A DNA stretch of 63,931 nucleotides, counting the filler, from Choristocarpus tenellus KU-1152 (Eukaryota; Protista; Phaeophyceae): assembly GCA_964200185.2 (NCBI GenBank). It is 10 parts of 10 records of this genome, joined end to end, with 100 filler letters (N's around TTAATTAATTAA, not from the genome) between each part and the next. Parts side by side here need not be neighbours in the genome. Positions count along the whole stretch, not along the records: positions 39,611 to 44,051 come from CAXNAD020014541.1; positions 44,152 to 47,669 come from CAXNAD020019493.1; positions 47,770 to 54,434 come from CAXNAD020007613.1; 7 more parts are not named here. The stretch is one strand, 5' to 3'. Below are positions 41,358-54,380 of this stretch, in pieces; within the stretch, counting starts at the first letter, position 1, and the number at the start of each line of letters is the position of its first letter. The position numbers were made by a program, and so were the translations under genes. The notes below the pieces were generated by a model. The model saw nothing but the letters and a program-made list of their open reading frames with translations. It had not been told where the DNA came from and did not search any database.

Positions 41358-41796
41358 ATGTCCAACATTCGCTCAACAACAACCCACCCACCCACCGATG
41401 GCACTGCCCACGGATCGAGAGCGTCGCACAGCAATGCCAAGGGCATGTCCTCGCTCCTCGAACATCACTAACTCGGCACGTACAAGATGAAACTCGGCAA
41501 CATCACATGCACGGAGATGGTGCGTCCCCTGAGCGAGCGTGGCCTTGCGCGCGTGAGCAAGTCCATCCATGAAAAAGGCTGGCTCGAGCAGTTTGCTCCG
41601 TCCGTCGTCATCCAACGAGACTGCTTAGGCAACGGGGACCAGCTCACTGCCGAGTCTGTGCTTGCCGTTCAAGGACGAACACTGGACGGAAACCATAGAA
41701 TAACAGTGTTGAAGAGGGAGTTTGATCCCGAACGCAGTTTCATAATGCGGGTCTACATGGAGTTCAACCAAACAGAAGAGAGGCTAATTGCCAACG
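41358..41796 (+). pseudogene. ParB/Sulfiredoxin-like N-terminal domain exon, probably disrupted
   Basis: VRPLSERGLARVSKSIHEKGW..APSVVI..TLDGNHRITVL matches the ParB/Srx pattern R....L..SI...G...P..V..DGxHR. The frame from ATG 41358 is open except for one TAA at 41469-41471; ATG 41487 is the alternative start. Splice donor after 41796. Confidence 0.72.
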
Positions 41797-41844
41797 GTGG
41801 GTGATGGAGTGTTGTCGTTGTTCCATGATCGCCTGATGAATCTT

Positions 41845-42101
41845 GAGCCAAAGTATCTTAGAGGGTAGAACCGCGTCCATTTCGAGGTCAAATTCCAATA
41901 TTCCGATTTTGATGTAATTTTGACTATCATGTTTTTGGGGAAGTGTCAATATCCTTGTTCCGGACACACCTCTTCATAACGTGCAAATTTTACCTACTCC
42001 TAAACATATCGGGGTAGGAAAAAGTCATAAACACCTGTGGGAAGCCAAGTCCCAAATGGACAAACAGGGCAAAACTCGTACCCTCTAAGATACTTTCACT
42101 C
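41845..42101. mobile_element. MITE type 2 copy just downstream of the ParB-like exon
   Basis: TIRs GAGCCAAAGTATCTTAGAGGGTA / TACCCTCTAAGATACTTTCACTC. Confidence 0.9.
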
Positions 42102-43037
42102 TGATTTGGTTTGATACGATACGGTATCGTCAGCCCATAGGGTGTTGATTTGTCCGTTATAATAATCGCTATTTAATGTCTTTTCTCTTTCTTCTTCTTC
42201 TTCATCGCACAAAACACTGTCAGTTGCATATCATGTGTTGATCATTGTTCTTGACTGGCATTGCCAACATCTAATTGAACAAAACATTTAGTCAGATCTG
42301 CCAGAACAACGTACCGGCGCTTTGTTGCGCTATGACACCCTTCGCCAAAGCTAGTTACAGCACAACCAAGCACGACACATCTGAACACTGTTTCAACAAT
42401 GTTCAGCATCATCATATTAGCAGTGGGCAAAGTGGTGTGACCCTGTGCATTTACTGCAAATGGTGCAATTAATTTCAAGTATATGGACAGTCAAGAGCTC
42501 CTTTCTCAGTCATACCCTATCGCCAGCGAAAAAACGAAGCCAAATCAACAATATCATCAAAGTACCATGTATTGCATGTATATCTACCTCTTCAGGTAAA
42601 TCTTGTCTTGATACAGAATCCACGTGGCAAGCACTGTGGATTGTGTACGTCTATCTGTAGGACTATTCTATATTTTGCTACACCACAGAAAGGCAGAAAA
42701 CCCAAAACGAGGTGGCAAAGGCTTCATTACAGATCGACGCTGAGGCAGCCCCAACAGAATATTTGAGGGAGGAGGCGGTGATACGGAACGCTCCGCAAAG
42801 CTTACCATAATGGAATTTGTAGCTCCAATCCACAAGCCTGTAGGGTATAGACGAACCTCGTAGATATGTTTCAAAACACTCCACAAGCTTACCAACATGG
42901 GATGTGTAGCTCCGATCGACAAGGCTGTATGTGCGTGATCAGGCTCGTAGAGGGCGCCGTAAAGGACATGTCATTGAATATGCTGAATCTCTCACTTCGA
43001 TTATTCACGTTATTGCTTTCGTGTGGGTATAAAATAG

Positions 43038-43416
43038 GACTGAACAATCGCTTGTTCTAGGTGTGCGGGCTCATAATTACTAAATAATAAACGAATAGTC
43101 AAGAAGTGCAAATGTGTAAACCCTAGTACTTCAAGGTCATAATGGCGTGTATGAAACTGCCATTAAGACGCATCGCCTGCGACAGATGGCTCCAGAAGGA
43201 AAATGTCGTCAAATACGCTGGATCCCTCGCTTTGATTATCACTTTATTGATTGCTTTGAATTAGGATATATGAACAAGACTGAACAACCCTGCGTGACAA
43301 ATCATGGTCTCATAATGACTAAATAATAAACAAATAGTCAAGAAGTACAAGTATGTATATAATCTAGGACTTCAATATCGTAATGGCGTTTGTGAAGCAG
43401 CCATTGAGACACATCG
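43038..43416. repeat. Diverged direct repeat (~140-bp aligned core, period ~240)
   Basis: GACTGAACAA..CTCATAAT.ACTAAATAATAAAC.AATAGTCAAGAAGT..TAATGGCGT..GCCATT.AGAC.CATCG occurs twice. Confidence 0.85.
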
Positions 43417-44151
43417 TGTGTTGCACTGGTGCTATGGGCGATGGGATGGCGAACTCAATGTGTGAGAAGTCAAGGCATGAACGAAGCCATTGGAGTGAGT
43501 CGTCGGGGTAGTCCCCAGCACGAAGGTTTAAGGTGAAGAATGAAGGTAGGTAACACTATTGGAAGCTACTGCTAGACATGAAGCGGTGGACATGTTCGCA
43601 AATATCATCAGACACTCCTCTCTTCCCTTCTACCTCTAGGCTAATCAATATTCTTGCCAAACGTTCTTGAGAGGGAGGTTGACACAGAACGCAGAGCTGT
43701 TTGATTTTATTATACCTGGCAGGGCTCTAAGTCTGTGGTGCTCTCATCTTGGTGGATCATATTTCCCTGTTAGGCGCTTTGAAGACCCACCCAAGGTGTG
43801 CATAGGTCCCAAGGTTACACATACATAAATGCATGTACATTTAACTTGGGTCATCTTCTTCTGCACGGGAAGGCGTGGAGACCCCCCCCTGGCACAGCCC
43901 ACTCCTGCTACCCAGGCATAACCTCCCACTACCTCTTTACCCACAGTACATCCCACCCCCGTACCTTTCCTCCTTGATCTGCTGGAGAAAAGTGGGACTA
44001 GCTACTAACTGACAGAACGTCCCCTTCTCTTCCCGTCCTCAGCACAGACCCNNNNNNNNNNNNNNNNNNNNNNNNNNNNNNNNNNNNNNNNNNNNTTAAT
44101 TAATTAANNNNNNNNNNNNNNNNNNNNNNNNNNNNNNNNNNNNNNNNNNNN

Positions 44152-44395
44152 GGGTAGGGCCGCGTCCATTTGGGGGCCAAAATCCAATGTTGCGATTTTG
44201 GTGTAATTTTAGCTATCGTGTTTGTTAGGAAGTGTCAATATCCTTGTTCCGGACATATCTTTTCATAACGCATATATTTTACCTATTACTCCGAAATATT
44301 TTGGACTAGGAAAATGTCATAAAAAAACTCATGGGAAGCCAAGCTCCAAATGGACAAACAGTGCAAAACTCACACCCTCTAAGATACTTTCACTC
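44152..44395. mobile_element. MITE type 2 copy at contig start; more copies at ~47108-47407 (degenerate), 48154-48401, 61781-62038
   Basis: Co-linear sequence and TIR remnants matching 15536-15793. Confidence 0.85.
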
Positions 44396-44974
44396 AGTCG
44401 ACAAAAGTGTGACAGTTATTCTGTGGTGCTCACTTGAAGAGTCTTCGGTTACGCTGAACAGTCAGATACAGGGTCTGGATTTTAGTTGCTGCGCGCTCCT
44501 CCCTTTCCTTCACACGGGGGGAGCAGCAGACAGATGGCGGAAAACAAATTATATGCACGAAGTAGTTGCTCTGTGTAACAAGTGCAGTACCAGTCGTTGA
44601 GAAGCATACACAAAAAAGACGTGTTGTGGTCCCACCAAAGGAAAATCCCACTCCTACTTCTCTTTCACAAGAATCTCAGCACTAACCCCTCGCAGAAAAA
44701 CATTGTTCCGAAAGCACCTCACCTTTACCTCGATACAGTGTTTTGGAGGAACATACCGCAAAGAAGGCTCATATAATACAACAACGGCCCCCTCTCCTGT
44801 TAAGGCTCAAGGACAAAACGAATAGAGCAGCCCCGTTTCTCACGACCATTCCTCTTGTGCTTTGAGCTAACGGCACCCCTCTCATTCTTTTCACTTCGGT
44901 ACAACCTTCCACACAAGACATCTGCATCTTTTTCCCATGCCTGACCCTGCTCCACCCTCCAACGGTTTGCATAC

Positions 44975-46030
44975 CCTGGCTTTCCTATGTAGGACTTTCA
45001 CAGCGATCTTCCCTCGGACAATCCGCTGAATAACAACAGCAGCGTTGTCTTGCCTCTCCTGCTGGAGTCTCCTCAGAGGCGAAAAAGCACCAAGGTTGAA
45101 TCTTTTTGGAGTAGAGGCGGCACTGGTGGCAATAGACGCCAGGTACGATGGACTGGGCTCGCTGCCTTCTTTCTCCTTGCCTTTGACCCCGTCCTTGTTC
45201 TTGGGGGATGTCAGCTTTTCGTGGAGAACTCCTAGCATTGTGGAGATGCTGCTGATCTCTGGTACCAAGCTCTTTGCCCTTTCTGCCATCGAGGGTACCT
45301 TGACCTGAAGAGTTGGAATACAATCCTTTTCATTGGTATGAACGAGTGCTGAGTGATAGGGGTTCCTAGGCACAGCATGTGTTAGATTAGTTTGTTTCGG
45401 TTTTTTTTTGGGGGGGACCTTTGACTTTTTTGCCGTATTCATTAAAAATAATTTGGTTTGACCCAATAGGACTTTTTGATAAATCAATATTTTTATCTAG
45501 CAGATATNNNNNNNNNNGGGGTGTATGTGCGTTCAACTAGGCAATGCAGAAAATATAATAAAGCTCTTGGACACAGTTGCTCACTGACAGGAACACACTG
45601 CACTCTGCTGCTCAGTAAACAATAAAGATATGCCCTAACTCTAAACAGATATGACTTGTATTTTCTTGAGGCAACACAATGATTTCTTCGGGGGGGGGAC
45701 TAGTAGATGTCGCTGTGAAAAAAACAAGAAAATGCACTCCATTGTTACTGTCTGTTTGATCGGTATTGTACTGACGTTTCTGTGTGTGGGGCGGAGGAGT
45801 AGAAATTACTTCAGTGTATCAAATAGCAAGAGGCATCTTCTCTGTCACTCTCATGCTTGCTTCAGAGGATTCCCTACGCAACCCTAACCCTAAGAATCAG
45901 ACCTTCGTTGGCAGTTGTGGTGCGCCGATGTCTGTTTCATTGCCAAGGTCTGAGCCCATCGTGTCCATGGGCGGGGATTTGCACTCCTCCACTGCCCTTG
46001 TATCTCCGCAATCCCCAGAATATGCTCTCT
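44975..46030 (-). CDS. Exons of an unknown protein with an IQ calmodulin-binding motif
   Basis: Exon 45304-44975 (110 codons, AG/GT-bounded) ends AAVVIQRIVRGKIAVK, which fits IQxxxRGxxx. A phase-compatible upstream exon probably lies at ~46030-45903. Confidence 0.6.
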
Positions 46031-46291
46031 GGCACACAAGGCAAGGACATTGCGAGGGCAAGAGGACACTATTGACTTTTACAGAGAGCTGGACCAGGCG
46101 AGCAGGGATGGCATGAGAGAATGCTCAGAATGACATCCACATCTCTGCCCAATGCATTAGAAAAAAAAATCTTCGATTTTTTTTCCAGTCCATTAGATAC
46201 CAACAATTGTCAGAGAGAGTTTTCAGCTATAAATTGTACGCACCGTATTGAGCACTGCAATGAAGGTACTAGAAACAATTTGCACTGCACG

Positions 46292-46348
46292 GTACCAAGT
46301 ACCAAGTACAGAGTACCAAGTACTAAGTACCGAGTACCAAGTACCAAG
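46292..46348. repeat. 7-bp tandem repeat (GTACCAA) x~8
   Basis: Read directly from the sequence. Confidence 0.9.
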
Positions 46349-49300
46349 CAGTTCATACGTTTGTCTTTGAGAGCTCAATCGATCATATCTGTTCACTTCA
46401 ATCAACCTGGGGTGTATAGTAAGAGATCTATCTGACAGAGGGTTCATTGCTCAAACTCTGCCCTCTCCAACAGTGCGTTTTTTTCAATGACGCCCCAGAC
46501 TTCTTTCGATTGTTTCTACTTGTAGAATTGTCTGCAACAGGCTGGCAGTTACAAGCGCGCCTCGGAGGAAATAAACGGATTTTACACACAGTGCTACAAC
46601 TTCTTGTTTTGTTCTTGTTCTGTTTATTTTTTATTTCTGGTTCAGTGTACATGGGTTGTATCTGCCGTACATGTGTTGAGAAGAGTTCACACACTACCCC
46701 ATCCTTCAAAATTTTGTTTTTCTTCAAAATTACCACCCGTGAATGTCTGTCTCTTGTTGAGATTTTGGAAATAGTTGGGACCATGGACTTGGTTCTAGAT
46801 TGATACCCGGTCCCCACTAGCGCAGCTTTGAACCTATATGTCGAAGTGAAGAGTCCGAACAAGTTAGACCCTGATACTTTTGATCTCTCCTCACATGATG
46901 ATTCAAAGGGATAAGACCCCCATATGGCCTCAGTGCCAAGATATCATTTCGTACCGTTACAAGGGGTTTCAACAATTCATAGTGCCATGTAAGAGGAGCA
47001 AAAAACACTTGTTTGTTTCCTGGATGTGTTCCTGCACCATGGGATCCCACAAAAAGAGGAAACAATCCCACCCAACATTTAGAGAACCGCCTAATTTTCC
47101 ATTAATCATCCAAAGCATTAAAGAGGGTAAGGTCGTGTGTCCATTCGGGGTTATTAATCCAATGTTGTGACGTTGGTGTAAACATATATTTTTTTCTATC
47201 ATGCTTGTTGGCACGCATCAATATATCCATACTCCGGACACACCTTTACAGCCATATTCATTTTAGGTGGCAGTGATCACACACAGAAGATCGACAAAAT
47301 AAAAAAACCGATAGAAAGGGCATATAAACCCCATGGGAAGCCAAGACCCTCTTGATGGCAGCAGACAAGCAGTGCAAGACTCGTACTCCTCTTAATTGCC
47401 TTGGGTCAAATTTCCATACATCAAACCCTAGAAGTCAAACAACGAACGTGTATTTCTTGTTGTCCTTGTTGAATGCTGTAGCGTGAATAATTCAGTAGTA
47501 CAATTTAAAAAAAAAGAAAAAGAAAAAAAAAAAGATCGCAGGTGGTGTTGATTGATCCGACTAACTAGACAGAGAGGTCTAACGGCTCTAGCCAATGGGT
47601 CAAAGTATCTGGGGCGGGGGGGTCGGCGTCCGTTTTTCACTCTTTTTTCGATTTTCACTTTTTTGGTGTNNNNNNNNNNNNNNNNNNNNNNNNNNNNNNN
47701 NNNNNNNNNNNNNTTAATTAATTAANNNNNNNNNNNNNNNNNNNNNNNNNNNNNNNNNNNNNNNNNNNNAAAACTAATTAGTTTTCACACAAAAAAGCAA
47801 GAGAAACCAAGCGGGAGGGGGGGGGGGGGGGGGGGGGGGTTCTACACCACCAGGGTATCCATTTGGGCCCAAATCAGGAAAAGTGCATTACATTATCCAT
47901 CCGACGTAAGCAACCAAATAACAAAAAAATCGCGACAAGAAAAAATTGACGCCAAATGGACAGCCGCCACCCCCCCCCCCCAAGATACTTTGAGTCCAGA
48001 GATTCTTTCCATCTCCTCTCTCTTAATTTTCAACAGGCTGGAGAGGAACACAAGTAGTATAGGAAAAGGGAAAAAAGATTTGTGGGTGAGGTCGGTGCAG
48101 GACAGTGGTCCAGTGGTTGGCATGACATGTATCAGGTGCAATTATATCTATCTTAGTCAATGTATCTTCGAGGGTGGAGCTGCGTCCACTTGGGGGGGCC
48201 AAAATCCAATGTTGTGATTTTGATGTAATTTCGGCTATTGTGTTTCTTAGGAAGTGTCAATATCCTTTTCATATTGCACATATTTTACCTACTTCGAAAC
48301 ATTTCGGATTTGGTAAGATGTCATAAAAAAAACCGTGGGGGAAGTCAAGCCCCAAGCGGACAAACAGGGAAAAAATTGTATCCTCAAAGATACTTTCACT
48401 CGTTCTGCAGCACTGCACCTGCTCCTTCACTCTCTCCTGCCTGGCCACCATATCCTGATCTAGCCTCGTGGACTCCACGGCAATTGATTTCCATCGCCAG
48501 CAGTCCTTGACAAGCTGTGAGAAGCTCGAGATAAGGGAAGAATGGGGAAGACAAAGTGGAAGAATGAGTGTAGGCAGTGAAGGACATGCAAGCCATTTAC
48601 TCTCTTTGGATCTCTCTATCTGCATATCCTCTGGTTCTCTTTACCCCTTTCAAATAAGGAAGAACGTAGAGGAAATTGTCGCCGTTGGAAAATTTGAAAT
48701 CATCTCCTTATGTATTCAGATGTCCAAATGTTGTGCCTTTCACAAACAATCAGATATTACCTCCTAATCTCTTCCACCCTTCCGCAATCAATGGGCAGCA
48801 AACTCACATGGAACACATACTTTCCTACCCCTGGAATGTCCAATGTTGATAGGCAGCTCTTGGTGACGTCTACCCCACTGTGCATTACTGATGCATCCAA
48901 GTCAAACTTGCAGAAATCCTCTATTGAGGCAGCAATCTTCGTCATTAAGTCCAGAGACGACGGGTCCTGACAGTTGAGAGAGGACAGTTGCAACGGAGTT
49001 GAGTGACCACAAGCTAGTGCCATAGTATTGCCATGGGGTGATCTACACCGGATGGTACACAAAAAGAACAGATCCAATTCCTTCATATCACTCTGTCACA
49101 TTCATGTGGTATCGTCAGACCTTGAAAAAATGAGGGGAAAAAATGCATAGGCAGTTGACTCACGTAGCCTTGTCCCTCCCTCCCTCCCTCCCTGCCTCTG
49201 AAGCTCAAAATGGTTGTGTCCTTAAGCAGTAAAAATACTACCACAACAACAGGGATAATCCCGTACCACAGTTTGATACCACAATCTGCCCCCCTCCCTT

Positions 49301-50362
49301 GATTGGCAATTGAAATCCACCCCAACCCAGCACTCAACCATACCTCCATGTCAAAAAAGTCCACTAACTTTGATGCCCAACACCTGGACTCTAGTGCATC
49401 AGTGGTATGTTTGCTTGATGCACTCAATTGCTTGCCATCCCTTGGTTTTTCTCCTCTTGCGTACACCCCCCAGTGCTCTTTCACTCCAATCTCTATCAGA
49501 CATTTACTCAAACGATCCTCTCCTTCTGCTAGTTGTTTTTGCCCATCTGTCCCACTTCCCTTTGTGACTCTTTTTTTCTCCCCCTTTTCTGTTCCTTCAC
49601 CTCCCTCTCCCTCTGTCTCTTCCCCCCCCCCCCCCACAGACATTGTTGACACAGTGCAACTGCCACTGAAGTGTAACACTATGGGAAAGATGGGTATAGA
49701 CATGGGGTATCGGGATACAGGATAGTGGGTGAATGCAGCTACGAGTGTGCACTTAATCTTTGCGGGGTTGTTGGGGGTATATTGGCGCACAGGAGAGGCA
49801 AAAATGGAATCCTTTGCTTCAAATGGTAGATGCCATACTCAGGTGCGTAGTCTGAGAACGTGATCACAGGAAAAGCATGGCAAGAACGAAATGGAATAGG
49901 GGGTGAAAGAAGAAGACACAGTAATTTCCACTCCTTTCTTCTCTTTCTCTCTCTCTCCCTCTCGAATGGCCTGTGTATTTTCTGCAATGGTGCTACCTGG
50001 GCATCAATTACATGCGATAAATTACTCCTTTCAGCATTTTCTGAACTTTTTGAAGAACTCCTGTAGGTATACAGAGTACTCTGAGCAAGGTGCTCCACTG
50101 CACACATAGCAGCAGCTACTGTCCAAGCCTGGAGTAGTTAGTAGGAAGTATTCCAACAAAGGACTACACTGGACCTCAAGTATTGGCCCGACTTCCAAGC
50201 TTGAATATTTAGGAAATACCAAGTACCATTCTACACTAGACACCGAGTATTGCCAGCAGTCCAATCACAAGTCAAGAGCAGATCGTCTCGATCTTTTGTT
50301 CGTCTGATGAAGAAAAAGAATTGATTGAGCGATAATTCCCAGCTTTCTGCTATAAGCGACAC

Positions 50363-53300
50363 TTTCCCCTCAGTGATTTTCTCACCATCACTGCTGTACC
50401 CTAAGCCACTTCTCTTCCAGTTCCTGCTCTCTTCCCTCCTTTTGTCCCCAGTACAGTGTTCCTCCTGATCATTATCTCCACATTCAATACTAAGTGTTTC
50501 ATTGCCTGAGCATCTATCAGTTGTGACCTCTTCCTCTGGTAGGAGCTGCTTGAGTCCCATCCCCAGGGCTTCAAGATCCCCTTCTTTCACTGTGCTATTG
50601 TCGAGGTCCAGCAAAGTCTGGGGTGGATCGATTGAGTGGACCTCTGCAGGTGCAGAAGGAGATGGAGCTGACTCTTGCCCCATTGTGGGAGCTGAAGAGG
50701 ATAAGGCTGAGGGGGACGGGGGCTCCTGACTATGACAGGCGTACACTGCCTTGAAGGATACAGTCACCCACAAGAAGGACAGTTTGAGGGGAGAAATTTT
50801 GAACGAGGAAGTGGAGAATTGGTTGTGAAGTTCGTTGATAAGGCAAGTTGGAATGGATGCTATTTTGAATAAAATAGAAGTCATCAAAATCTGTGAGGTG
50901 AGGCACATTAAACGCTGCGATTACATGGCAAGGCTTCTGCTGCACATAGGGGACAGAGCACTATCAATCTGAGCCTAAGTCTGTCCCTCCCCTCTCCCCA
51001 CAACCAATTCTCATACAGTATCTATCTCCACAACATAAGCATATCTTCATAAAAAGTATATGGGTATGGATGACGTCCAACAAGGAATTTTCCTGTAGGT
51101 TGTCTCTGTTTCAATCACAAGTCCACACAAATTGGTCTGCTGTGGTCCATCTCACATGACAAATACAAATGCATGATAAACATTAGCCCAGTATTTGTTG
51201 TTCTTCGGCATTATACTGAATATGAGAGGTACTGAAACATACGGAATTATGAAGGTCTTAGGTTAAGCAACAGAACAGGGTGGGGGTCTTACAGAGCTAG
51301 GTCTTGGACAAGGATGGGGCGCTACAAATGAGTGGGGCACGGAATCATCCACACCCACCTTGTGAAGCAGTGACCTGAGGAATGGTGCCCTTTCCTCAGC
51401 AGCATCATGTCCTGCCTTAATCCAGCTTACATGTACACGGAACCTGTCACCATATTCGGACCCTATCCTAACCACATTGTTTATATTGTCTCCAACGGGT
51501 TTTCCTTCATCTGTTGATATTTTCCCTGAATTACTCTCATATTCTTCTCCCCCCCTAACCTCCTGCCGAGGTGAGCCTGAGGCATAGATATCACCCTGAA
51601 CAGAGGAGTGTGAGGACAGCAGCTGCCCACATATGGTGTGTTGTGTGAGAGTGGCTTGGTCTGAGGTGGTGGACTCGGAGGCAGATGGTGCAAGGTGAGT
51701 GGGAATTTCGACACAAGATGATGAAGTACCCTCCCCAACCAGCACAGGTGTTGAAGCATCGCAGAGGTTGCCTACGCCTTGATCTACTGGTGTGTTGCCC
51801 TTCATTCGAAGCGATTGCTGATTGTCACTTCGCACAGCCTCCCTTTCCTCACTTGTAACCGTCGGAGCAAGGCACTCAAACACAGTGGCTGCAAATGCCA
51901 TGTCGAGTTTGTTCCCTTGGAACTAGTGTTTGTAATCCCAAGGGTGGAAAGAGGTTAATGATCCAAAGGGGAAGCAAGGTTTAGGAGAAATTAGGAGAGG
52001 GGTAGTAGGAGGGGGGGGGTATCATCGGGAAGAAACCAGTGGACCAGGTAGCCATATTGAGGATGATCACTCAGGTGAGGGAGGAGGGTTTGCTAGAGTG
52101 AGGTTCACTAGAAGGAGATATGCGATGGGGAACAAAGGGTTGTTCTTGGCAGAGTGGGTTAGTAAACCAGGTTGGTGGAGTTGAGTGAGGAGGGGTTTAT
52201 GAGTTACATCCTGGGACGTGTATATATAAGTTGGCTATCATTCTTGTGTAAGCTTGGCACCTTGCGTGCTTGAAGTTCAATGTAGCAAACAAAAAAGAGC
52301 CCCACCCAGTACGGGGTTTAAGTTGTCGCCACCAGCATGGTAGAACATATTATGAGATCCTTCCAACGCCTTCCAATTCAATCACCTGTTCTTGAATCAC
52401 CAAAGGAAGGGGTGGCCCGATCAGTGAATCTTCTGTGCTCTGCACTATCACCAGCGGCAGCCCAACCTCCCACACTGCCTGCAAACCTGATCCTTCTGCC
52501 ACTGCCCTATCCTCATTGTGATGATCTTGCTGCCTATCTTCCCATTTTTGTTTACATTTCATGTACGCCTCTCTACTCTCGTCTCCCTCCAGGATATCAT
52601 CCTTGTCCAGCTTTGATACGGCTTGCCTGCTGCCAGTGCTGTCCCTAAGCAGACCATCCAAGACCCTTGCACTCGCTGCAAGGGCAAGTCCCTTGCTCCG
52701 GCACTTGTGAACAGCCAAGTTGCCAGTCCTTTCTACTCCATTTTCCTTTTCTTCTCCCCCCCCACTTTTCTTGTCATGCTCCTCACAACGCAACTGAACA
52801 GAGGACACATCCTCCCAATTGTCTGTCTGGCGACCCAATTCTCTTGCCCATTGCTTGGACAGGCAACGGTATCGCTCCTGTATTTTGTTTTGCTCAGCCA
52901 TAACTGAGGATACTGTTACCTCATCATCAAGTGTTGAAGGACTCGCATTCGACGTTTCAATTGACTGCCAGAGGATTGAGTGAGGACTGGTAATGGATGA
53001 AGTGAATTGGGGTGAGCCTGATGCAGGAAGGGTTTGAGGGGAACTCTCCTGGTCGGCAGTAGCAGCAGCAACATTTGCATCCAGGCACAGCTCCCACCTA
53101 GTTTGTAGGAAACATTTTGTGGCTTCCTCCATACCCTGGACTTGCAAGTGACCTTCCGAGAGTAGGAGAGAAACTATTGAATCCACTCGTGCATGACCAT
53201 CACTCTGACTGGTAAGGGATTTCCGCAAAGTGGATATCACCTGGGTTGAACGGGTTCAAGTGAGGTTGTTGACTAAGAGCTGAATTTCGTATTCAAGAAA

Positions 53301-54380
53301 AGGTTCCTGCTTACAGGGTGACAGTCAAGTGCTTGAAAGGAGGGAAATACAGAAGAAAGGTGAGAGAAACCCTTCCAGAAAATTGGAATTTTTCTCTTCA
53401 GTGTTGAATATGTTCCATTCTGAGTACTTTGAAGTATATGCCACGAAGGAGAGCCCGCCCTCCAAATAAATAAAAAAAATCTGGCCTAAACAACCTATAT
53501 CTTTTTCAATATTGTTGGAACCAAGCAAACTAAGCAGGACACTAATATGTCAATCTGTATGAGCTTTGTCATTCATGCCTGGGTGTATTTGTGTTGGAGG
53601 GGGGGGGAGGGTTCATTTGTGGATTTGAATACATCCCTGTTCCTAAGTATTGCACAGTATTGGTCTAGCCCAGTGATTGGTTCTTCCTATAAGGAAGGTA
53701 TCCTCAACAAATCGCCAACTTACCATCTTCGACTGTTCATCAAGAGAGTCGAATCCATTCACCAGCACAAGGCCCGCAGGTCTGAGGCCTCTGGAGATCA
53801 ATTCCTCTCTCAAGTTTCTAACGGTTCCCGCTGTCTCTTTCCCATCTATCCCTGTCATTTCTGCTCCCACTAGTCCACTACGCTTCTCGCCCACACCTTT
53901 GTCCTCATCGCTGGGCGATGTAGAAACCTTGCTCTTGCCCTTGCCCTTGCCCTTGCCTCTGCTGCCACCTCCATTCCCATTCGCCAGGCACGAATTCGGA
54001 TGTTGGAGGTGACAGGCAGTGAGACGAAGAAGTACATTAGCACCATTACCAAAACCAAGAAACAGGACTGGCACAGAGCACCTCTCCTCCCCTTTCTCCA
54101 AGTCCTCCTTCTGCTTCATCACATCCCCAAGCCCCCCCCTCTGTCCTCCCCTGGCTGTCCTTGCCCCATGCACCTTTTCGCAACCCCTGTCCCTACGGCT
54201 GCTATTTTTCCTGTCACCACGTTCCACTTCTTTGTCATTGTCATCTGAGTTAGGTTCTATTGGTGGGGAAAGTGCACTCTCGGTAGCGATATCACTGAAC
54301 GGGGCAAAGTTGTGTCCGTGGGGCAATTCTCCCTTCTCCAGCAAGTGCCTCATCAAAGAGGCTACACAGTATGCCATCAG
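50363..54380 (-). CDS. Large alpha/beta-hydrolase-fold protein with low-complexity insertions; partial, further exons likely toward ~48420
   Basis: Phase-0 exons 54380-53724 (VPVLFLGFGNGANVLL..GLVLVNGF), 53240-52386 (LPLVIVQSTEDSLI), 51922-51359 (HVSWIKAGHDAAEER), 50749-50363. Elbow, acid and His motifs occur in canonical order. Confidence 0.72.
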
